From: Octopus sinensis
Lineage: Eukaryota
NCBI RefSeq assembly: GCF_006345805.1
Contig: NC_043020.1
Coordinates: 12,276,001-12,340,000 of the forward strand
Direction: 5' to 3'
DNA: 64,000 nucleotides
The number at the start of each line of letters is the position of its first letter. Position 1 is the first letter of the stretch. Shown here piece after piece: positions 53,904 through 64,000 of the stretch. A model generated the notes under the pieces. The model was given only the letters and a program-made list of their open reading frames with translations, ran no database searches and had not been told where the DNA came from. A program made the position numbers and the translations under genes.

Positions 53904-54017
53904 ATACTGACAGCTGTTTCGGCCATGCAGATAAGTATGTCTCATTTAACCTATTAGCCATATAATGCAGGTATAAATGAGACATTAACAAAATATCTTA
54001 CGGCCTCTTCGGAGATT
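53904..54017 (-). ncRNA. Hammerhead-like motif with long stem II insertion (U4C)
   Basis: CCGAAGA GGCC-[77 nt containing a 12-bp hairpin ATGTCTCATTTA/TAAATGAGACAT]-GGCC GAA ACAGCTGT C AG; GUC triplet; stem I only 2 bp. Confidence 0.5.
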
Positions 54018-54169
54018 ATATATATATATATTATATATATACGGCCCTCCTGATGACCGAATGATGGCATCGGAAGGGCCGGATCAATATAAATTACCTT
54101 CTGCCTATAACCGGCCTTGGATGTGCGGCGTTATAAAAATCCGCTTTCTGCATAAAAATATCGGCACTG

Positions 54170-54744
54170 GCGGACAGGCCAGACAATCTTAGAGAGAGTT
54201 TTTTAACCAAATTGTCTGTTACGGTTTTGGCATGATTTGAGAAGACACTGACATACTTCAATTAGTGGAAGGCTTATGGTAAGGGCAGTATGAGTCGCTA
54301 TTAAGGTTAAGTGTAACGTCTAGGAAATTAGCCTTGGTGAGTTCGTTATCAAAAACCTATACTCATGCCCATTCTATTAAAAAACCTAGCTAACCTGCTC
54401 TTAGTTTTCTGCACTATTCTGTTCGTGGTGTTTTGCAGGTAAAACAGACAATCGTCACGATACAGGCCTCCCGCGATCTCCGGGAATTGATCGGACAATT
54501 CGTAGAGAATATATATTCCGACCAAATCGGCTATCTGCGCACTATCCGAACTTCCCATAGGCACATCAAATTCATTGGGAGTATCCTTACGGATCCACAG
54601 CTTATTATCAAACTTAATAAAACGATTCCTGGCAACTAAATGATATCTATCTCTTCTCTGGTGAGGCCTGCCTTGTTGTGAGCATGCCAGAGGGCCTTAT
54701 TTAGCACCACTAGGTTAATCGAGGGGTAGAAGCTGGCGATATCA

Positions 54745-54745
<1 letters not shown>
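54170..54745 (-). pseudogene. Penelope-like reverse transcriptase fragment
   Basis: FDIASFYPSI..LNKAL; MPMGSSDSAQIADLVGIYIL; GGLYRDDCL; ANFLDVTLNL...YCPYHKP...SNH, with frameshifts and an internal deletion. Confidence 0.85.
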
Positions 54746-54787
<42 letters not shown>

Positions 54788-54909
54788 TATATATATATAT
54801 ATATATAAAGTTAATCAAACATGAAAATACAAAGAGAAAACACAACAACGCGAGGACGTGGAACAAATATAGTATTATTGGACGCTCGGGAAGGAAGAGA
54901 AAAAGGAGG

Positions 54910-54944
54910 GTTTAACGTTTCGAACGGAGCTCATCGTCAGAAAC
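54910..54944 (-). ncRNA. Minimal hammerhead motif with palindromic stem III
   Basis: GTTT CTGACGA T GAGC-TCC-GTTC GAA ACGT T AAAC; stem I 4 bp, one extra nt after A9, stem III is a loopless ACGU palindrome, GUU triplet. Confidence 0.6.
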
Positions 54945-55825
54945 ATAGGAAAAGGAAAGATCCTATATATATATATATATATATCTTTTATCTTTTACTT
55001 GTTTCACTCATTAGATTGCGGCCATGATGGGGCACCGCCGTGGAGAATCTACCCAGTACATATTTTTTAAAGCTTAGTATATTATTCTATGGGTCTCTTT
55101 TGCCGAATCGCTAGATTACGGGTACGTAAACTCACCAAAACCAGGTTGACAAGCGGTAGTTAGGAACAGACACAGACACACATACATAGATATATACATA
55201 TATACGACAGGCTTCTTTCAGTTTCCGTCTACCAAATCCACTCACAAGGCTTTGGTCGGTCCGAGGCTGTAGTACAAGACATTTTGCCTAATGTTCCACG
55301 CAGTGGGACTGAACCCGGAACCATGTGGTTGGGAAGTAAGCTTCTTATCACGCAGCCAAACCCGCGCCTGTATATATATATTATATATATATATATATCC
55401 CACCGCTCCCAGGAGTGGCTGTGGTAAGTAGCTTGCTTACCAACCACATGGTTCCAGGTTCAGTCCCACTGCATGGCACCTTGGGTAAGTGTTTTCTACT
55501 ATTGCTTCGGGCCGACCAAAGCCTTGTGAGTGGATTTGGTAGACGGAAACTGAAAGAAGCCCGTCGTATATATGTATATGTATATATATATATGTGTGTG
55601 TGTCTGTGTTTCGCCCCCCCCCCAACATCGCTTGACAATCGATGCTGGTGTGTTTACGTCCCTGTAACTTAGTGGTTCGGCAAAAGAGACCGATAGAATA
55701 AGTACTGGGCTTAGAAAGAATAAGTCCATTAGTCGATTTGCTCGACTAAAGGCGGTGCTCCAGCGTGGCCGCACTCAAATGATTGAAACAAGTAAAAGAG
55801 TATATATATATATATATAATATAAT

Positions 55826-55874
<49 letters not shown>

Positions 55875-55905
55875 TAATCCAAACAAGAAAACACAAAAAA
55901 AACAG

Positions 55906-58246
55906 CAACTTCTGGGGTTTATCCTGGGTCGTTCAAGCGGTGTGAGGTCTTGCGTTGTCTTGTAGAAGAACTAGCTTTTTGTTAACAAATGCCGGGTATT
56001 TTTGCCGGACAATGGCAAACGATTCCCTCAACTTCCTGGGGGTTTATTGTGGGTCGTTCAAGCGGTGTGAGGTCTTGCGTTGTCTTGTAGAAGAACTAGC
56101 TTTTTGTTAACAAATGCCGGGTACTTTTGCCGGACAATGGCAAACGATTCCCTCAACTTCCTGGGGTTTATCCTGGGTCGTTCAAGCGGTGTGAAGTCTT
56201 GCGTTGACTTGTAGAAGAACTAGATTTTTGTTAAAAAATGCCGGGTATTTTTGCCGCACAATGGCAAAAGATTCCCTCAACTTCCTGGGGTTTATCCTGG
56301 GTCGTTCAAGCGGTGTAAGGTCTTGCGTTGACTTGTAGAAGAAGTAGCTTTTTGTTAACCAATGCCGGGTATTTTTGCCGCACAATGGCAAACGATTCCC
56401 TCAACTTCCTGGGGTTTATTTTGGGTCGTTCAAGCGGTGTGAGGTCTTGCGTTGACTTGTAGAAGAACTAGCTTTTTGTTAACCAATGCCGGGTATTTTT
56501 GCCGCACAATGGCAAACGATTCCCTCAACTTCCTGGGGTTTATTTTGGGTCGTTCAAGCGGTGTGAGGTCTTGCGTTGACTTGTAGAACTAGATTTTTGT
56601 TAACAAATGCCGGGTATTTTTGCCGCACAATGGCAAACGATTCCCTCAACTTCCTGGGGTTCATTTTGGGTCGTTCAAGCGGTGTGAGGTCTTGCGTTGA
56701 CTTGTAGAAGAACTAGCTTTTTGTTAACAAATGCCGGGTATTTTTGCCGCACAATGGCAAACGATTCCCTCAACTTCCTGGGGTTTATTTTGGGTCGTTC
56801 AAGCGGTGTGAGGTCTTGCGTTGACTTGTAGAAGAACTAGCTTTTTGTTAACAAATGCCGGGTATTTTTGCCGCACAATGGCAAAGGATTCCCTCAACTT
56901 CCTGGGGTTTATTTTGGGTCGTTCAAGCGGTGTGAGGTCTTGCGTTGACTTGTAGAAGAACTAGCTTTTTGTTAACAAATGCCGGGTATTTTTGCCGCAC
57001 AATGGCAAAGGATTCCCTCAACTTCCTGGGGTTTATTTTGGGTCGTTCAAGCGGTGTGAGGTCTTGCGTTAACTTGTAGAAGAACTAGATTTTTGTTAAC
57101 AAATGCCGGGCATTTTCGCCGCACAATGGCAAAGGATTCCCTCAACTTCCTGGAGTTTATTTTGGGTCGTTCAAGCGGTGTGAGGTCTTGCGTTGACTTG
57201 TAGAAGAACTAGCTTTTTGTTAACAAATGCCGGGTATTTTTGCCGCACAATGGCAAACGATTCCTCAACTTCCTGGGGTTCATTTTGGGTCGTCAAGCGG
57301 TGTGAGGTCTTGCGTTGACTTGTAGAAGAACTAGCTTTTTGTTAACAAATGCCGGGTATTTTTGCCGCACAATGGCAAACGATTCCCTCAACTTCCTGGG
57401 GTTTATTTTGGGTCGTTCAAGCGGTGTGAGGTCTTGCGTGACTTGTAGAAGAACTAGCTTTTTGTAACCAATGCCGGGTATTTTTGCCGCAAAATGGCAA
57501 AGGATTCCCTCAACTTCTGGGGTTTTTTTGGGTCGTTCAAGCGGTGTGAGGTCTTGCGTTGACTTGTAGAAGAACTAGCTTTTTGTTAACAAATGCCGGG
57601 TATTTTTGCCGCACAATGGCAAAGGATTCCCTCAACTTCCTGGGGTTTATTTTGGGTCGTTCAAGCGGTGTGAGGTCTTGCGTTAACTTGTAGAAGAACT
57701 AGATTTTTGTTAACAAATGCCGGGCATTTTCGCCGCACAATGGCAAAGGATTCCCTCAACTTCCTGGAGTTTATTTTGGGTCGTTCAAGCGGTGTGAGGT
57801 CTTGCGTTGACTTGTAGAAGAACTAGCTTTTTGTTAACAAATGCCGGGTATTTTTGCCGCACAATGGCAAACGATTCCCTCAACTTCCTGGGGTTCATTT
57901 TGGGTCGTTCAAGCGGTGTGAGGTCTTGCGTTGACTTGTAGAAGAACTAGATTTTTGTTAACAAATGCCGGGTATTTTCGCCGCACAATGGCAAAGGATT
58001 CCCTCAACTTCCTGGGGTTCATTTTGGGTCGTTCAAGCGGTGTGAGGTCTTGCGTTGACTTGTAGAAGAACTAGCTTTTTGTTAACAAATGCCGGGTATT
58101 TTCGCCGCACAATGGCAAAGGATTCCCTCAACTTCCTGGGGTTCATTTTGGGTCGTTCAAGCGGTGTGAGGTCTTGCGTTGACTTGTAGAAGAACTAGCT
58201 TTTTGTTAACAAATGCCGGGTATTTTTGCCGCACAAATGGCAAACG
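55906..58246 (-). repeat. 124-bp tandem satellite (~19 copies) derived from mariner transposase coding sequence
   Basis: Period 124 (GGGTCG at 56051, 56175, 56299, 56423); minus strand of the unit reads FAIVRQKYPAFVNKKLVLLQ(D/V)NARPHTA*TTQNKPQEVEGI. Confidence 0.92.
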
Positions 58247-58400
58247 TCTGCTCCAGCTGTTCAGAGTACAGGTTGGCATCGGAGGTTCAACCGATACGGA
58301 GCAACCTCTTGTGTTCGAAACGCCTATGTTTGGCGACAGGTTCAGGAAGCTGGCGCTTGCTTAACCACTTCTTATGCATGTTGGGAATGCAGAAATATAT
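58246..58400 (-). pseudogene. Mariner transposase central fragment leading into the satellite
   Basis: KKWLSKRQLPEPVAKHRRFEHKRLL..[deletion]..DANLYSEQLEQTF, continuing into AIVRQKYPA. Confidence 0.75.
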
Positions 58401-58410
58401 CCACCACCCC

Positions 58411-58552
58411 GGATTATTACTTGTTCCGATCCATGGCTCACTTCCTGCGCTTGCAATGTTTCATCAACAAAGGGGAGTGGGTGGAAGCTTCAGTGACGGA
58501 GTTCTTCGTCTTGAAGGAGAAGAATTGGTGTCAGTGTGGGGTCAAGTAAGTG
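58411..58552 (+). pseudogene. Mariner transposase C-terminal fragment (opposite strand)
   Basis: PDYYLFRSMAHFLR...VEASVTEFFVLKEKNW..GVK. Confidence 0.8.
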
Positions 58553-58699
58553 GCAGAAAGTTGACTTGGGCAAGTTTCTTGGACAGGTTTTTTTTGTACT
58601 GTAGCTTCGGACCGACCCAAGCTCTGTAAGTGGATTTAGTAGACAGAAACTAAAAGAAACGCATCGTTCGTGTGTGTTTGTTTGTGTGTGTGTGTGTGT

Positions 58700-58740
<41 letters not shown>

Positions 58741-59568
58741 TGTGTGAGTGCTAGGCTGCTTTTGTTGCAAATTAACAAATAAAGCAAATAAGTTATCAAA
58801 ATATTGCAAAACTTTTGACTCAAAACAATATAATTCTAACCAGCCTCTCAACATAATTATTTCTTTACTATCCACAAGGGGATAAACACAGAGGGGACAA
58901 ACAAGGACAGATATCGACCCCAGTACGTAACTGGTACTTAATTTATCGACCCCGAAAGGATGAAAGGCAAAGTCGACCTCGGCGGAATTTGAACTCAGAA
59001 CGTAACGGCAGACGAAATACGGCTACGCATATCGCCCGGCGTGCTAACGTTTCTGCCAGCTCGCCGCCTTTTTTCTGCCAGCTCGCCAGCCTCCCAACAT
59101 AATAAACATTTGCTCATTATATTAGTGAAAGAGCATCCAATATAATCTTAGATAAGGTAGTCTTCAATAAATCTGAAAGTTATGTTATAATAATGGAGGC
59201 GCAATGGCCCAGTGGTTAGGAGGATCGCGGTTTCGATCCCCAGACAGGGCGTTGTGTGTGATTATTGAGCGAAAACACCTGAAAGCTCCATGAGGCTCCG
59301 GCAGGGGGTGGTGATCCCTGCTGTACTCTTTCACCACTCTTTCTTCTGTTGACCTGCTCGCTTAGTCAGCGGGGTGGCGTCATTTTGGGAAATTACTGTG
59401 TTATAGTCCGCTACTTATACAAAAGCGCTAATTCGATAAGCGCTAATTAAGATAAGGGTAAAAGTTCATAGCAAACACGTAAGCATGCCTGTTGATACGT
59501 ATACATGTGCGCTCGGGCACCCATGTGCGTACGTATACATCACTATGAAAACGTACACATCTTCACTG

Positions 59569-59599
<31 letters not shown>

Positions 59600-59702
59600 A
59601 ATAATGAAGGGTGAAAAATTAATTAATTTGGAATAATTATCAATTACACAAGTAGTCTTCGGCATGTAAAAGCCTCATTTGAGGAAAATTTAAGTAATAC
59701 TA

Positions 59703-59802
59703 NNNNNNNNNNNNNNNNNNNNNNNNNNNNNNNNNNNNNNNNNNNNNNNNNNNNNNNNNNNNNNNNNNNNNNNNNNNNNNNNNNNNNNNNNNNNNNNNNN
59801 NN
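59703..59802. other. Assembly gap (100 N)
   Basis: Run of exactly 100 N. Confidence 1.
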
Positions 59803-60439
59803 TGCTATTCTGAATACCCAGCGCTAGGGAAAACAGGAAAACTATGGTTCCAATGCCTATGAAAAAAGATATGTACCTCAAAGCTAACATGGGATTAAAC
59901 ACCAATATTTTAGTCAAACTGTTACAACCATCACTCAGTATTATAAGCTGAAGAGTGTTTCCAAAGAAATATTAAATCCAATGGCACTTTCTGAAGTGGG
60001 TTATGTGTAATTTGAGGCAAATTCAGCTGTTATTTGTAGCAGGTCGTGTCACTGCATAAAGGTACCTATTCCTTTATTACCCACAAGGGGCTAAACATAG
60101 AGGGGACAAACAAGGACAGACATAGGTATTAAGTCGATTACATCGACCCCAGTGCTTAACTGGTACTTTTTTTTTCGACCCCGAAAAGATGAAAGGCAAA
60201 GTCGACCTCGGCGGAATTTGAACTCAGAACGTAACGACAGACAAAATACCGCTAAGCATTTCGCCCGGCGTGCTAACGATTCTGCCAGCTCGCCGCCTTT
60301 TGCATAAAGGTACCGCGTTGATTTTGTCTGTCCTCAAACACACACATATAAAGATATGATGCAAATGTAGGCATAACATATTTATTATTAAGTGGCATAG
60401 GTTGTTCAAAGTGTGTATGTTACAAGAGTCATTCTTCCT

Positions 60440-60750
60440 CTATACAAGAGTACAACTCAACAGTCTCCAGCACAAGTGATGTATTTGCGCCATCGTCGAA
60501 TTCAACTCTCGAGGCGCCTTTGAAGTAGTTCAGGTGTGTGCTCTGTGGTATCCAATTCTTCATAGCAACTTTCGCCGATTCTACGTCGTCAAATCGTTGT
60601 CCTCGAAGAGTGTCTTTCATTAGGTTGAACAGTCAGAAATCGGAGAGCATCAGATATGGGCGATTAGGTGAATAGGAAACCAGTGACATGCCCGATTTGT
60701 CGATTGCCAAAGATGAGCGTGATTATCCAGTGTGATAGGCAATGTAGATC
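60440..60750 (-). pseudogene. Degenerate mariner transposase C-terminal fragment
   Basis: SYSPNRPYLMLSDF*LFNLMKDTLRGQRFDDVESAK, resembling YSPDLAPSDF.LF..MK..LRG.RF. Confidence 0.65.
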
Positions 60751-62399
60751 GTTTTCAAATTTTTTATCTCTTCCCCATTACGATTTTCCTAAGTTTTTGT
60801 GTGTCTCAATATACAACTCATCTTTACGTTCTGAGATCAAGTTCTGCCGAGGTCGACTTTGCCTTTCGTCCTTTCGTCACCTGTTGAACACTGCGGTTAA
60901 TGTAATCGACTTATCCCCTTCCCCGAACTTGTTGGCCTTATACCAAACCTTGAAACCACTATACAACTCGTTGTTCAACGTATAGCTACGTCTCCGTTCC
61001 ATCACCCACCAAAATATCAAGAAAAATTACGCATTTGCCATTCATAAAGAAGAGTCACCATGATTTCTGTACTGCGCGTTGGTTCTTGAATTTTTAAGCC
61101 TTGTACCGGGCCTCCCAGAAAAAGTCGCCGATGATTAAAAAAAATCTTGAAAATTATTGGATAAAGCAATTATATTTCTGATTGCACACAGCGATTTGTG
61201 TATGTTTTAGTTTTAAGAGTTCATAATTTAGATTGTCTATGATAATTGTATCAGCAAATACGGCATCTCAAGTTAGACGTGATCAAATTGTTGCATCAAA
61301 TTCAACAGGAAAATTACTCGTGTGATCCAAGGAAGAGGAGTCATTTAAAAATTTAATTCATGTGTTAGATAGCTAAAATATAGTTCTTATAATTTAGGAA
61401 GTTTGATTGCCCTCTCTTGTATATATAATGAGTAATTACAAAAATAGAGTGGAGGCGCAATGGCCCAGTGGTTAGGGCAGCGGACTCGCGGTCGTAGGAT
61501 CGCGGTTTCGATTCCCAGACCGGGCGTTGTGAGTGTTTATTGAGCGAAAACACCTAAAAGCTCCACGAGGCTCGGCAGGGGATGGTGGTGATCCCAGCTG
61601 TACTCTTTCACCACAACTTTCTCTCACTCTTACTCTCCTGTTTTCTGTTGTACCTGTATTTCAAAGGGCCGGCCTTGTCACTCTCTCTGAATACTCCCCG
61701 AGAACTACGTTAAGGGTACACGTGTCTGTGTAGTGCTCAGCCACTTACAATTTCATAGAATAGGTGAATCTTTCTGGAACACTGAGTTGAAGATATGTGA
61801 TGGCAGTCCATGGATTGTGCCTTCGTTTCTGGATCATTAAGCTACGGCCAGGCTTTATCATCGCTTCCAGCAGATCAGACTTTCACCCTTCTTTCTTTGA
61901 GACGGGTATCAATTACAAAATGTATGAATAATTTCACTTTGCACCACAGTTTCCACTACCCAAAGCCTTCTACCATCTCCTGCAATACATTGTGGCCACA
62001 GTTCCGTTGTGCATATGCATTGTGGCTTGTCTGTCTGCATGAGTCAATTCATTCACTCGTTGGTGCTTTGTGCCAGTGGTTGCAGTAGATGGTTCTCCAC
62101 TGCATGGTTTGTCTTTGATGCTGATTTCCCCGTCTTTAAACTTCCTCTGCCCATACTTATTGCTCTGATCTATGCTTAAGTTTGATTTTAGGATTCATAT
62201 TTTACTTGAAGGGTTGTAATATATTTTATTTTGAAGCCGCTGTTAGAGCATTGTCATAGTAAATGGTTACCTTTCTTTAGAAGAGAAAAGATTAGACATC
62301 CCACTCCCAGTTGTAACTGTTGAGACACCGAAGCCTGTCCTCTTGACCAGGTATGTAGATAAACTCCGTCGTCAATGAGCACAAGTCATGGTTACATTT

Positions 62400-62720
62400 C
62401 AAGACACCTAACTGAAACAAAAAATTACATCGGTATACGCGAAGGCAATTTCGAAAGACGTTATACAAAACACCAGTCTCTTTTCCGGCACGTCGACGAA
62501 AGTCACTAAGTGGGCTAGCCACGTATGGGATTTGAAGACGAACTGCACACCATATACAATCAAGTGGAGAATCGTAGAGAAATCCCTGTCGCATGCAAAT
62601 GAATAAGAAATACAACAGGTGCGTGACTGAAAGATCGCACATTCCTTTTAGATGTAAGAACTTCACTGCACTATTTAATTCCAGATCCAAAATTTTCTGC
62701 AGATGCAAGCATAAGTAAAA
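62400..62720 (+). pseudogene. Second Penelope-like GIY-YIG remnant
   Basis: NYIGIREGNFERRYTKHQSLFRH / ASHVWDLK...YTIKWRIVEK / LFNSRSKIFCRCKHK across stops and frameshifts. Confidence 0.8.
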
Positions 62721-64000
62721 AGATCTCTTCGCGAACTGGAAGACACTACCCTTTCCAAATTGAGCAGCTATCTTGCATTTTTGGATTTCCCTCCGTTGAA
62801 CTATCCTACAGCAAGTTTAAATGCATCTTCTACGGTCAAAGGAGACGTAATTATAATTTTCTTCCTTTGCCTTTTCCATTTTTATTCACCCTTCTACTTT
62901 TCGCATCACCCTACTCCATTTTTTTTCTCGTGATTTCTCAGGTACAGGTGTCCAAGTTGTCGAATAGAACAAACAATATGCTCAGACAGCTAAGGCTACT
63001 TTGAGAGACAAAGATGTGTTATAAAAGCATGTCTAAACACGTGTCTTCACAGCAAGAATCTATTAGTAGCTCTTATCTTACTACTGTGTACAATAAATGA
63101 CAGTTGTCTCTCACTGGATATACAATACTTTTTTGTTGGCCTTACCTTAACAGAACAGTAAACCATGCCATTGTGTGTGTGTATGTGTGTATGTGTCTGC
63201 GTGTACGTGCAGATATACGCGTGTGTAGATTCTGCTTGAAAGAATAAGTGACTAATCGTTACATTCATCTTATCTTGCCCACAAGGGGCTAAACATAGAA
63301 GGGACAAACAAGGACAGACAAAGGGATTAAGACGATTACATCGCACTGGTGCGAAACTGGTACTTAATTTATCGACCCCGAAGGGATGAAAGGCTAAGTC
63401 GACCTCGGCGGAATTTGAACTCAGAACGTAACGGGAGACGAAATACCTATTTTTTTACTACCCAGAAGGGGCTAAAGACAGAGGAGACAAACAAGGACAG
63501 ACAGACGGATTAAGTCGATTACATCGACCCCAGTGCGTAACTGGTACTTAATTTATCGACCCCGAAAGGATGAAAGGCAAAGTCGACCTCGGCAGAATTT
63601 GAACTCAGAACGTAGTATTTCTTTACTACCCACAAGGGGCTAAACACAGAGAGGACAAACAAGGACAGACAGACGGATTAAGTCAATTATATCGACCCCA
63701 GTACGTAACTGGTACTTAATTTATCGACCCCGAAAGGATGAAAGGCTAAGTCGACCTCGGCGGAATTTGAACTCAGAACGTAACGGCAGACGAAATACCG
63801 CTACGCATTTCGCCCGGCGTGTTAACGTTTCTTTTTTCATTATTGCCCATAAGGGGCTAAACATAGAGGGGACAAACAGGGACACACAAACGGATTAAGT
63901 CGATTACCAGTGCGTAACTGGTACTTAATTTACTGACCCCGAAAGGATGACAGGCTAAGTCGACCTCGGCGGAATTTGAACTCAGAACGTAACGGCAGAC

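Noticed and set aside
54043-54082. Plus-strand CTGATGA-CCGA..TCGG hairpin as a hammerhead
   Set aside because: No GAAA or stem III/cleavage triplet follows; at best a deleted remnant.
62292-62708. 138-aa minus-strand ORF as a host or viral gene
   Set aside because: The opposite strand carries clear GIY-YIG motifs; no recognisable motif in the ORF itself.

Overview
Repeat-saturated, AT-rich eukaryotic DNA with no recognisable host gene, rRNA, functional tRNA or CRISPR array. The SINE families and microsatellite load resemble an octopus (coleoid cephalopod) genome; this is my recognition, not a database hit. Contents: (i) long di/tri/tetranucleotide microsatellites, which generate most ORFs in the track; (ii) two larger tandem satellites, 43-bp x ~85 at 4.5-8.2 kb and 124-bp x ~19 at 55.9-58.2 kb, the latter built from mariner transposase coding sequence around the second catalytic Asp; (iii) three abundant tRNA-derived SINE families, one forming head-to-tail multimers with fixed junctions inside single TSDs; (iv) a near full-length but frameshifted RTE-clade LINE (42.7-46.7 kb) plus truncated RTE ends; (v) an ORF1-like zinc-knuckle remnant; (vi) Penelope-like element remnants (two GIY-YIG, one RT) and six hammerhead-ribozyme-like motifs, all on the minus strand, one with a complete core and positioned at the boundary of an inverted repeat; (vii) non-autonomous DNA transposons with clean 8-bp TSDs, a Helitron-type element, mariner remnants and a 253-bp near-perfect palindrome; (viii) a 100-N assembly gap. 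All calls come from manual reading. Ends of degenerate elements are approximate.
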